A DNA stretch of 63,943 nucleotides, counting the filler, from Welwitschia mirabilis (Eukaryota), in the NCBI GenBank assembly GCA_051453625.1. It is 5 parts of one record of this genome, joined end to end, with 100 filler letters (N's around TTAATTAATTAA, not from the genome) between each part and the next. Parts side by side here need not be neighbours in the genome. Positions count along the whole stretch, not along the records: positions 1 to 18,257 come from JBOZIK010000001.1; positions 18,358 to 33,523 come from JBOZIK010000001.1; 3 more parts are not named here. The stretch is one strand, 5' to 3'. Below, piece after piece: positions 14,401-26,539 of the stretch (position 1 is the first letter of the stretch; every line of letters starts with the position of its first letter). The notes beneath the pieces are model-generated. The model worked only from the letters and a program-made list of their open reading frames with translations. It was not told where the DNA came from and ran no database searches. Made by a program: the position numbers and the translations under genes.

Positions 14401-15600
14401 CTATGAAAAGTGCGATGTCAAGTCAAGGGTAACTAAATCATAGCCTTTTATAGGAACTAGTATTTTGTCTACAAAATAAGCATGAATTAGTACTTTAAAG
14501 AAGTCATTAGAATAATTTCATTAATGAGCCATGTGATGAGTTGCACCAAGATAAAAAATCTATTCTTGTCATGAGTTATATAGTCACTCATACCAATAAA
14601 GTTAATTTTTTAAAAAATTGCATTAGATTCAAAATTTTTAATGTCATTAAGTGAATCATATTCTTTATAAACTGCATTTTTAGATGTAGGATTTATCTTT
14701 TCCCAAGGAGTCCTACATAACTCAACTATATGACTTTATTTTCTACATTGTGAGAACTAATGTTCTTCTTGAAAATAATAATATTTTGAACTTGCTTTTG
14801 TTTTACTGAGTGTAATTTGGCTTCTTATTTTGCTATTTTTAGAGCTTTATCCTTATAATGATGTGGTTCTTTTTGTGAATGGAATTTTCTGATAAATTAT
14901 TTATTTTAATTAGAAGAACCATGAGAATGAAAAAAATTGCATGCAACATTCAAAGAATAAGATCTTATGAAGTTAGACTAAGATTTAAGAAAAATGAAAT
15001 CATTACTGAGTATATCAAAAGTCATATTATTCAATTGTTTACTATTATGTAGTGACATAATATTACTATACAATAAATATTCTTCCAAATAATAGTAGAT
15101 TAAGTTAACATAATAAATAAAAACTTGTTTTTGTGAGTTAATCTCTACTACTTTTTTCTTAATATGTTGCATCTAAGCAATCATTGATCTTATATTGTCT
15201 TTTTCATAATGCAAATAATTTATGCATTATGATTTTAATGATCTCAAGTTCATTCTTAAAGTAGAATGAGTTCCTTAATATATAGAAGTTGGTATAGCTT
15301 GTTTTGATCTGATTAACCAACTTCTTATATTGATAAGGACAGATTTTTTACATAATCTCTATTATTTTTTTAATCAATAACTTACTAAGCATATTCTTCT
15401 GCTTAATCCTAAATAGGTGTATTATCATGTGTTTGGAATTCCTTTTCATAATCATAAATCTACATGATTAACTTAAAATACTCATGTAAAACCTCCCATG
15501 ATTAGTCATCTTAAAGAGTGCCTATAATATTGGCCATAATTATAATGATGAGAACAAGTGCAAATAATTCTTATAACCATTGAAACTTACCCTTTGAAGA
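11500..15600 (-). mobile_element. Decayed Ty1/copia gag-pol with gag, protease, integrase, RT and RNase H in copia order
   Basis: Zinc knuckle FSQCRK*SHIVELC (~14715-14757); protease E*IFYLGATHHM (~14530-14567); integrase HYFISFIDEY (~13900-13935) and GI*HLKIYPGILQQNGIT (~13680-13731); RT SLIDNGTWNSVDL...EQHKAKFVTIG...GFDYN*AFTSIA (~12768-12957); RNase H ICIAKNLVHHDRVKHFYIRVHKIRE...ILTK...KIRL (~11505-11715). Many stop codons. Confidence 0.92.
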
Positions 15601-18257
15601 TGATTCCATGATGGAAATAGGATGAAAACCAAGGGAGAGTTGATAAGGTATGAGACAAAGTTAAGAATCAAAGAGATCTTATTCACATAAATAACTAAAA
15701 GTGATCTATTATTCACATAAATAAACCTTGTTAAATCCAAAATATTATATAATTAAAAAATATGATAGAGGAATAAGAAAATGGATCTTACTCTCATTCA
15801 TAATTTCAGGTAATATATCCAAGTCATAATGCAGCTAAAGGAAAAAGATAAGATATTATAACAGAGAGGTATAACATAATGAAGGGATCAAGTTCAAAAG
15901 TTGAGTAATCTATCCAACTATAAATTATTAAGAATCCCTTTAATCATTGAGAATTAACATGCATGAGAAAGAAAATATAGGTACTCTATTTAAAATTTCT
16001 TAATGTGACAGAGGTAGATTTTAAAGAAAAGGACTTAAATTAATTATTAGGTAATAAAAAATTGCTAAAATTGATCTATTTTGAAGTATACTATCAAATC
16101 AAGGTAGGATCATGTTCTTTTCAAGTATGGTAACACTACCTCCAAAGGAGTAAAAAGATAAAATTTGCATTATGTTAGTGAAACTTCCAAGTTGCTAATG
16201 AGTTTCAATTAACTTATTAATACACCCCTTTTAAGTGAGAGTGATATATAATATTAGTGACCTACTTACACCTTAGACTATGTAATTTTTTAATTTTATT
16301 AAACTCATATCCCTTAATGATAAAATCCAAGTGAGCCTTGTCTTTATGTCTCTAGACTTTTCTAATGTACCCTTAATAACTAAGGCATACATAGAAATCT
16401 AAACCTCAAATTAGTTAGAACATTTTCACTCAAGAGGGATATGCCTCTCTATACAACTCAAACGTCATAGTTATGATAGTTAAGACTACACAAAAAGCTT
16501 TAAAATTTAGTGTAAAGCTAAACATGGATCTCTATCTATGTAAGGCTTTTCATGTCCAGTACCCATAAAAAATTATCATAAATATTATATATATATATAT
16601 AAAGTATTTAAGGAATGAAATATTATTTTTCTTTTTGTTATTTGAATAGGACTAATAAAATTATCAAGTGTAAAAAGGGAGAGAAAAAGACCAAAAAAAA
16701 ACAACGGAAAAGGGAATAATTATAGTATATTTAAGCTAAATAGATTTTTCTCATCATTTAACTTAGCCTAATCTATTTAAATCATAAAAATATATCCAAG
16801 TAAAAAAAAAAAAAAATCAAGGCAAGGGATTTTACTCCACATTTTAACTTGACTTAATAAGAGAGGTTTAGCTTAGAAAATTAAAAAAATACCAAAAAGC
16901 TTAAGAAAAACTTAAAAATCAAAAATAAAAATCTTAAAAACTAAGGAAAAAGATCAAAAAATTAAGTCAAGGAATCTTGCCTAATATTCCAACTTAATTT
17001 GATGATAAAAATTAAGTCTTAGGCTTGCTAGATTGAAAACTATCCAAACACTTGAAAAAGAGATAAAAATGATCAAAAGTTAAGGAAATGCATAAAATTA
17101 TGTGTGTGCATAAAACATGGCTAAAATCTAAACAATTTCTAACTAAACTATAAGTGTGAAAAACTAGGCAGTGGCTAAGTAATTACCTAGTAATACTACA
17201 TGTGCATAAACATGAAAAAATGCTAGCACAAATTAAAAAAAATTTGTTACCCCATAGACTCAAACCTATAACATGTAAGTGAATAAGAAAAGTCATTTAT
17301 CACTACACTAGTATCATGTTAGATAATCTTTATGGGTAGAAAAATATATAAAATAACAAGATAGCACTAGTAGAGGCAATGCTATAGTAGCATCAAAATT
17401 GGAAGAGGTGCTATCATACCATTTTTGGAAAACAAATGAGTACGAATCATAAGAAATAAATTCCCAAAATAAAAATATTTATTTTTTAATTTTACTCCAT
17501 CTTTTTTATTATAGTTAATAGCTTGCTTTCAAAGGAAAGCACACTATTAGAGTTTCATGTCCCTCGGGGTGAATGATCATAGTTTACATACAAACCTTAG
17601 AATAATGATCTTTTTCAATTGCTTTGTTCACTTAAATTATTGATTCTTCTTAATTATATCTAACATTAATCCATAAATATTATTGAAATCTTTGATGAAT
17701 ATTTTATAAAAAATTGCTAGTCCATGAAAATGTACACTAAACCTAGCTAGGCTAATGTACACTTCTTTACATTCATGATTAATTGTTGTTCCTTTAACCT
17801 TTAAAGAATTATTTATAAATTTTATTTATGCTTCTAAAAATAATTACTAAATATTAGATTATTAAGTAGAAAAACAATAATAAACTTTAAAAGAAAAGGC
17901 CTCAACACCTCTATTATCTATCTCATTATTCTACTTAGAACATTTATTAATCTCACTGATATTACTAATTACTTATATAACCCATATAGAGTTTTTAAAT
18001 TTTTCTTCCACTCATTTCCCTCTTAGATATGGATTTGATAATATCAAATCTTTAATTTTATTTTGCTCAATATAGGTGAACTCATCAAGTAATCCATAAT
18101 ACCATCCATGTTAGATATAAGAAAGTGATACCTTATCTTTTTGGTGGTTCTTGAATAATCACACATGTCAAAATCTTGTTGTTCTTATTTGAAGATAATA
18201 ATTGTTGTGATGCCAACTTAAGTGTATATGATAGGGTATTTTGAGTTGTTTTGTAGA

Positions 18258-18357
18258 NNNNNNNNNNNNNNNNNNNNNNNNNNNNNNNNNNNNNNNNNNN
18301 NTTAATTAATTAANNNNNNNNNNNNNNNNNNNNNNNNNNNNNNNNNNNNNNNNNNNN
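18258..18357. other. Artificial scaffold-joining spacer
   Basis: 44 N + TTAATTAATTAA (18302-18313, stop codons in all six frames) + 44 N. Confidence 0.95.
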
Positions 18358-19245
18358 ATACTAGCGTGCTATATTTGTGCATCTTATTTGTAATTAACAG
18401 GATTTAAATCAAGGCATGAAACATTACATAAATTTGCATTGCAACAAGGTTCCCCTAGATAAGAAAGAATTCCTTCCTATTATTATCTAATTTCTTTCTT
18501 AGCCTACTCTTTTAGTTGATATGATGTTACCTAATCATCTTTTAGACTTAACTTATGTATTTCTTTATGAAGTTTCATGATTAGTATTCATACTAGGATT
18601 TTACAGTGGTAAGATTAGATTCATCTAATCTTAAGACATGCCCATGTCTATGGACTTCACTTGAAGGAAGATGTCTTAATTTTTTGTATTTTTTTCAATG
18701 ATGTTAAGGTCTTGAATTATTTGGGAGAGGATGATCATGATCTATTATATTTTATGCTTTAAGGAAAAAAATGGTTACCATGATATTCTACCACACTAAG
18801 GTGAATTTTTCCAAAATGAACATTTGGCAATGTTGATAGCTATGGGAACTCCACCGGGGGGTTAGTTAATCATGCTTCATAGGTTCTTACTCCTCTGACT
18901 ATGGTTGGACTCCCCTCATCATGAAAAAAATTGAAATAAACTTTGAGACTATATGATTAGTGTTATTCCTAGTATTATTAGAATCATTACTTATTTTCTA
19001 GACTCTTAGTATTTCCACTTGGTCATTTCACTTTTGAAGATTCAGGTGTGTTTATGAGGTAAGAGTATGTAAGTTTGTTTCTAAGTAGCTTTTGATCTTG
19101 ACAATTATTGTTTTTAGCATCTAAATATTTGAATATTATCATAAACACTACCTTTTTTAGGAAACCTTTATAAAGTTTATATATTTTGTTATGCATATTT
19201 ACTTAAGTGGCTTTATAATGTCTTCCTTAGGAGTTTGCTAGGTTA

Positions 19246-19950
19246 GTACTTAGGATAGGTAAACAATCTTCTTCTTATTCCTTATGTCCATTTCCATTCT
19301 ATATTTCTTCAGTTTTTGGGTTTATGATTTTAAAGTTATTTATATTTTCTCATTTTTTCATAGGATCTTAATCATTTAGTAGTTTCCTTTCTATTATTTT
19401 ATATTATATCATTTTTTTAGTGAGCATTTAAAATTAAAAAGAACATCTTTTTTGTTTCCTAGTTTTTATGAGTTTCCTTATAGCTTATGGAGTTTTGAGT
19501 TTATCTTGCTTNNNNNNNNNNNNNNNNNNNNNNNNNNNNNNNNNNNNNNNNNNNNNNNNNNNNNNNNNNNNNNNNNNNNNNNNNNNNNNNNNNNNNNNNN
19601 NNNNNNNNNNNNNNNNNNNNNNNNNNNNNNNNNNNNNNNNNNNNNNNNNNNNNNNNNNNNNNNNNNNNNNNNNNNNGTTTACTTGTTGTATACTTAGGAT
19701 AGGTAAACAATCTTCTCCTTATTTCTTATGTTCATTTTCACTTTGTCTTTTTTTAGTTTTTGAGTTTAAGATTTTAAAGTTATTTTTTCATTTTTTTAAT
19801 TCCTTCATAAAACCTTAATCATTTAGTAGTTTTTTAACTATTCACTCATGATAAAATGTTTTTATAAAAATGAATTTGTAAAAATTTTAAAAGCACATCT
19901 TTCATTTTTTGAGTCTTTATGAGTTTCCTTATAGGTTTCTTGAGTTTCAA
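19246..19950. repeat. Diverged direct repeat of ~260 bp spanning an N gap
   Basis: tacttaggataggtaaacaatcttc...tttatgagtttccttatag at ~19247-19500 and ~19691-19948, with many substitutions between the copies. Confidence 0.8.
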
Positions 19951-20949
19951 TTCTATCATGCTTTCATTTTCTTTTTGGGCATATTCATGTAGTTTCTATT
20001 ATAGATTTTAACATAGATAGTCTATTTTTTTAGCTATAGATTTTCTTTTCTTATGAATTTATTCTTTTTTCTTGATTTTCCTAGTTTTCTTTCATTTTTT
20101 CTATCATTTTGAATTTTTTTTTGTTTAAAATTGATACTTAAACAATCATATTTGAGCTACTGATTGATATCTTTTTTTCTTGAAAAAGTTTTAAATTTCC
20201 TATCATCTACCTATTTGTCTAAATAACACTGGGAGGATGACATTCTGATTTTTTATAAGAGTCATCTTAGGGCTATCGTCCAGATGATGTGACTAAATGA
20301 TAATGCGATATAACTACAGCCAAATACTCTTTCCTCCTTTTTCCTCATTTTTTTGTCATTTTTACTCATTATTTTGAGAGACAATAATTCCTCTAGCTGT
20401 ACCAGCATTCTAAAACTTGTCTCACTTGATTTCGTGTCTAAATTCACGAGATTTCACTAGATTTTTAAAAATAAGGTATGTTTCTCTCTCCTCTTATTTT
20501 TAAATTTTTTCTCCTACTTTTTAGCCTTTTAACCCATAGTTTTCACATACATTACTTAGTTTTTTATATTCTTTGATTTGGGACTTATGGATTTGAATTC
20601 CACTCTATGTTTTTTGAGTTATGAGTAATTATGTGTTTTTTAAGTTGTTTCAAAATTTCTATGTTTTACACTCATTTTCTTGAGAACTGTAGGTCAAAAT
20701 GTAGTTGTTCTTTTGGCAAAATTGATTAGTTTGATGTGTTGTATAACTATACTAGATTAAATTTTTTATTTGAGTACTTTAAATTTTCACTTCATGTGAG
20801 GTCCACTAAAAATATAGTTTCTAAACTTTTCTAGTATCTCTCATTTTTCATATCATGTTTAGGCAATTCGATATGGGAAGACATATTTTCAACATTTTTC
20901 CTAAGTTTTATTGATTTTTAAGAGTTGTTATTATGCATCCATGCAACAT

Positions 20950-23855
20950 TTTTAACATGTCTTTCTATTTTCACATGACATTTTTTATGTTAATAATTAA
21001 CTAGACCCCTTACACGTAGAGCTAAATAGGTTAAGGTTGAGGCTGAGGTAGTAGAGTAGGAGGCAGGTCCTATAGTTGAGCCTGAGATTAAGCATGTAGA
21101 GCCTACACATCTGCCACCTCAGCATGAACATTCNNNNNNTATATAGTTAGCTAGCTCCATGTCGAGAATTACTTTAGAGATTTCATAAGTCGTATTAAGC
21201 CAAAGATAGACTAGAGGCTGGCAAATTTATGTCTTATATGAATTATAAATGCACATAGGTTATATTATATTTTAAAGACAAGGAAATTCTATGACATCAT
21301 GCATATTGAGAGATGACCCAATACTCATAATTAGTTACAAGATATGATTATTACATATATTTGGGATCATAAGATAGCAATTCTCCCATTTTATATTACA
21401 ATTATTGAAGATCCTACTGGGCTTAGGAGCATGCATATATACTCGGTTGGTGGGACTAAGAAGCACTGAGCATATGGCATAATTTTGGATATACCAGCTA
21501 ATCTTACCACTAATCAATGAGGGGTACTCGTTACTCAGCTGATCCTCACATACAGAGTTTTACACAGAGGGCAGATCCATAACATCACTCCATCTTTTCA
21601 TGATAGTTACACTATGATAGCATATTTGTAGATATTGATAACACTTAGATAGGGGGAGTAGATGAATCCTCTTACTTTTATATAGATAAGACTCAGGTCT
21701 ATGGTCGAGGCATAATAGCTTTAGATGCTTGGTTTCCCATGCCTTTTCTTAGCACTCTTTAGATGGTTTGGGATGCCAAATCCTAAGGATAATTAATGCT
21801 TATCACATATATAGACTTCAGCTTTCTATCTACAGGACATGGGTATATAGGTTGTAGGAGAGGCAGAGAGACCTTAGGTATAGAGACCTGTGGTTGGAGC
21901 TTCCCTTAAGCAGATCCAAGTCCTCTTGGCTGAGATCACTAACATTATTAAAGGTTTCATTAATAGAGGTATCCATTCACTTAATTAGAGTATCTAAGCT
22001 ATTGATTAGAGATAGAAAACATTAGAGTAGAGGATTCTATCTGTTAAGAGGAGAGTCCAGTACTCTAAGAATCAAATCGTTGACATGTGCTAGTGTGTCA
22101 TTTCTATTTAGTAGAGTGTGATAGTGGATATTCCTAAGGTCGTATGTATCCAAGGTAATGATATTTTCATAGCTATTTCTACATCTTTAGACCTCCATTT
22201 CCCTACAGATCTTGAGCATCCTCCCTCTTTTCCTCCTACTCCTAAGTTAGTTGCTAAACCAGAGTTTATCATGCATCAATAAGGGGAGTGATTTTATATT
22301 ATTATTTTTTATCTCCCCTTCTATGAACTTTTGTATTGAAAACTCTTTTAATTTTATATAGACACATTATTTTTGTAGGATGGTGTATTGATTTGTAACT
22401 GATTTTTCATGACTATCTTTAATTTTTACATATTATGATAAGGGTTAATTTTATTTGGGAAATATTTCTATTTTATTATTATTTAATTTAGTGAAGGGTT
22501 GTTTTATTGCATTTTATGATTATCTATAAAAATAAAAATTCTATTATAGGTTCCTAATTTCAAGGATCTTTTTTGAGCCTATCATCCCCTCCATCATCTA
22601 GATGATGGCCTGGATGACTGACTTGTTGAGTTTCTGGTAGGTGAAATGTTTAGTTTTTCTAATTTCTTATGATCTAGTTTATATCTCTATAATTTTTAAA
22701 AATCTTTCTGAGATGGTCTCCTTAGGTAATTTAGTCATTTTTATTATTTAATAAGTTAGCTTGCAAACATGGTTTATTGCCTAGTTTTGTCAGGAACTGA
22801 TAAGGCTAAGTAAAGGACTATGTTGCATCACCAACTTATGCATATCTAATAGGATATATTAAGTAGTTTTGTAAGTTAATAGATAGGTAATTGCTTAATT
22901 TCTATGATAATGGAGACTTTAGATGAAAGAGATAAAAAAATGCAACCTTCATCATGATTTATAGAATTTTGAGAAATTCTTAATAGTTTACATTTCTAAG
23001 ACAACGTCTTGTGAAACATTGAAGTTGATGCATTGATGGAAGATTTGAAAAAGATCATTGTCCACCTCATCATCTAGATGACTAGATGGATGATAGAACA
23101 ATTCATGCCAATAGGAATGCTGATTGTAATCAATCTGGTAGCTAATGTGGATTATGTATGAGGTGGCATCATATCCTTTATCATCTGGATGATCCACTGG
23201 ATGACACTATTATAATGTCTACATTGAGTATTCACCTGATTTCTACTAATTGTCTATTTCTTTCTCTTAGTATGGCCGTTACCATTTTACGTATTCCTAT
23301 CTATCTATCTTATTATGTGCTTCTGTGTCAATAAATATTGGTCTCATCCTTAACTATTACTTGTCTTTGTTTGCATCTAAAATTCTTTTGACAGAAGATC
23401 GAAGGGTCGAATATCCATGCTTGTAGTTGTAGGGAGATGTTTTCCTTGGTGTTGGATGGTGTTTCCTCCATTAAAGTGTAGCTACTTTATAATATGGATG
23501 TAGTTATATACAAAACACTTTTTTTCTGATTTCAATGTATGTTTATTCTTCACCCTCATAGCTTATGTTGCTTCTGATTTAGTAATAGTTTCTTTAGTAA
23601 GATAGGTTATGAGGGTAACCTTTATCAAGGTTATGCATGGTTAGTTTCGATTAAATACATTGTTATTTCCTTTTCCTAGATTTGCTTTACATAAGTGTGT
23701 TGCATTTTACTTTAATGCATTGCAAGTTATTTCCATAGTTAAACTACAAGTATTTTTCCTTGTGAAAATAAACTCTTTCACTCTTACTTTGTCCTTCAAT
23801 GGATTATGACATTCGGTCACTCCTATCTATATTAGTGTGTTGTGTTTGTACATTA
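20950..23855 (+). mobile_element. SIRE/Maximus-like copia 3' part: env-like ORF remnant, polypurine tract-like motif and LTR
   Basis: YYILKTRKFYD..ITYIWDHKIAILP (~21265-21390) resembles the YPxLVREFY...V.G..I motif of plant env-like/Transposase_32 ORFs. PPT-like caataaggggag at ~22277-22288. Repeated TCATC(T/C)(A/G)GATGA palindromes. LTR-like end near 23810-23855. Confidence 0.5.
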
Positions 23856-23934
23856 TATTTGTGATTAATAGGACTTGACTAAACTAAGGATGCAACATTG
23901 CATAAATATACATCACAACAACCACCATGTCATT

Positions 23935-24790
23935 ATAAACTTATTTGTAACTACTTTTATTGCCAATTATAACCTTTCATATCTTATTCCTATACTTGCA
24001 TCTAATTTTGAAGAGTTATCTCCATTATGTTGGATTCTCAATTAGTTTTTTCATCTTGCATGAGATTTCTTCTAATAATCATGTTTTCTCTTTTATCATT
24101 AGCAATCTCTTCTAGTTCTTATTTTTTAACTCTTTGCTTATCTCACCATGCGCAGAGATAAAATTTATGTCCATAGTATCCTTTATTAATAAAAATTTGT
24201 GGGACATGTTTCTTAACTTATTGCATTTATAGCAAACTCCTAAGAAATTACCTCTTCTACCTTTTTCTATATAGGTATCTCCCTTGCCTTTGATGTCTTC
24301 TTTTCCTTTATTATCCCATCCTTAGTTTGTCTTTTACTCATATTAATAACCCATTCTTTGTGGTTTCTTTTGTTTAAATCTTCTTCTATTAAAGGTGTTC
24401 TTTCACTACAAATTCTATTCTACTTATGAGATAATTAGTATTCTTCCTTTATTGTTCTAGAAGTAATAATTACAATCCAATCTTAAAAAATAAATCTTAA
24501 ACTAGTAATGTATCTCATTACTTATTCTATATAAAATTAAAATATCTTGTTTGAATGGTAAGTGTGTAAAACTATTCTATGTTTCTTTGTACCAAAGTAT
24601 TCACATCTTTCTTATCATCCATGCCTTACGTAAAAGTATCATGAACCTATTTTTGAAAAATCTTTTTCATGAAGTTCTAAGAGGTTAAAAATCACTAACA
24701 TTAATGATCATTCCAAAGCATGCTTCTACTAAATTATTATAACTCTTTATAAATGAGTTAAAGCATTCTTCACTATTTTTCCATTAGTAA
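23935..24790 (-). mobile_element. Decayed CRM-type Ty3/gypsy gag and protease start
   Basis: E*VMRYITSLRF (~24495-24530); GRRGNFLGVCYKCNKLRNM zinc-knuckle remnant (~24205-24262); LFKIRCKYRNKI*KVIIGNKS (~23950-24017), matching LFHTRC.V.GKVCKVIIDSGS. Confidence 0.75.
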
Positions 24791-24809
24791 TATGTTCTAT
24801 CTTGAGATA

Positions 24810-25860
24810 CTTATAGAAAAATATATGAGAAAGAATCATGAGTAAGAAATTACAATACTCTATATTACTTTATATTTCAATGTGCAACTATATTTTAAAT
24901 ACAAGCATGCTATTAGAGTTTCACTAGGGCTTACACATTCCCTTATGCATATAATCATAGTGCACATACAAACCTTAGTAATTCCTCCTTTAACACGGGA
25001 ATACGCTTTCTTTAAAGGAAAAACTAGATTATCTAAAGCAAAACCTTGGAAATGTCTCTTATAATAAAACCTCTTTAAAGGAGTTGTCATGTGAGACAAC
25101 TACTTTACTAAAGAAGTAATAAATTTACTATTATACATTTACTAGTAGATAGTACTATTATGTGTATTATACATCTTATAAATCTGGGATAAAAATATAC
25201 TACACATCTCATAGTACTAGGCCAAAATTATACTACACATCCCATGGTACTAGGATAAAAGATGACTTAAAACAAAGACTTAAAATTCAAATGATTCACA
25301 TAATTATAAGAAAAAATGAGTTTACATAGCCTTATTATCAATCCAATTTTGGATTCAAAGTGCTAGAACTTCTTTTGACCAAGTGTTTTTGCTTTAGTAC
25401 TACTTGTTGATTCTATGATACGATGGTATACTAGTATAGTAAATTCATATTGTATGAGTTCCTTAATTTGATGGACAACTTTCATGTATCATTTTCTATA
25501 AGTTCATTATATTCTTCTTTCAAGACTTAGATCCTTTGATTATGTTAATGATGTATTTAAAAGAAGTTGGTTTATTAGCAAAAGTTAAGTGAAGCTCATC
25601 ATCATTATTATCATGAGATGCATGCAAGCCATGTGTAGTTTTAATTTTACCTTTCTTATTATCACAGACATCTTGGAGAATGGATTGTAGCCAAGTACTT
25701 CGATGTAGTTTCTAGACAGTCTCAATTTCTTCAACTAGAGAATTAACTAAATTTCTACTATACCATGATTAAGCACTCTATAAGCATAAAATTGCATAAT
25801 TCCTATAGGTTTTAAAGTAAACATATTAATAGAAAAAGATAAATCATTACTAGCATCCCC
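24810..25860 (-). mobile_element. Internally deleted Ty1/copia fragment with LTR, same family as 10960-15600
   Basis: 24810-25330 aligns to 10980-11495, 25335-25485 aligns to 11505-11655, and 25500-25855 aligns to 12955-13260. Confidence 0.8.
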
Positions 25861-26539
25861 CTCAACCATAGGACATTGTCAAAGTCTAATCCCCATAAGG
25901 CCTAATTATTTTCATTGTATATTATAAGGTTCAAGTATTTTATTAAATATTAATAAAATTACTATCACTTAGTAAAGATTATGGTCATAGAATAGCATTA
26001 TAACGTTACATATTTATTTGTTAAACATTTCTAAAAGACTTAACTATGAAATTAGGTGATTATAATCTTTCTTACTTGTAAACTATTATTAAGTCTTTGT
26101 TGAAACATAAATGTTAAAGTCCTTTTAATGGATTAAGTGATAAAACAATATCTCACTCTTTCTTTTAAGATTTTCCTTAAGATTTTAAGTTTTTCATTAA
26201 CTCTAAGCTTACTTATTATATTTTGATGTATTTAATTAAAGTTATATATTTAATTAGTAACTAATCTATTAGACATACATACACTAACTAAATTATTAAT
26301 AATTTGATAAAGTCCTAATAATGCATCAATAGTATTGTAACATTCAAATAATTAACATTGATTCTTAAAGTTAAGATGTCTAGGTAAGTTATGCATTAAG
26401 AAGTACTAAAATTTCAATTAAGAAGAAAGGGATTTATGAAAATCATGTTAATTCCTAATAAGTTTTAAACTAATGTTAATTATAACTTTGTTGTCCTTAT
26501 TCTATTATTTAACACAAAAATTTAAAACATAAGTTTTAA

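Noticed and set aside
15700-16230. 5' LTR and PBS of the copia element
   Set aside because: No tRNA-Met PBS (TGGTATCAGAGC) and no convincing match to 10960-11495.
18302-18313. TTAATTAATTAA palindrome as a biological motif (also at 33568, 55549 and 62338)
   Set aside because: It is always centred in exactly 44 + 44 N, so it is a synthetic linker.
19452-19818. ORFs spanning N runs (also 3305-3529, 56561-56893 and 56614-56853)
   Set aside because: They stay open only because of assembly gaps.
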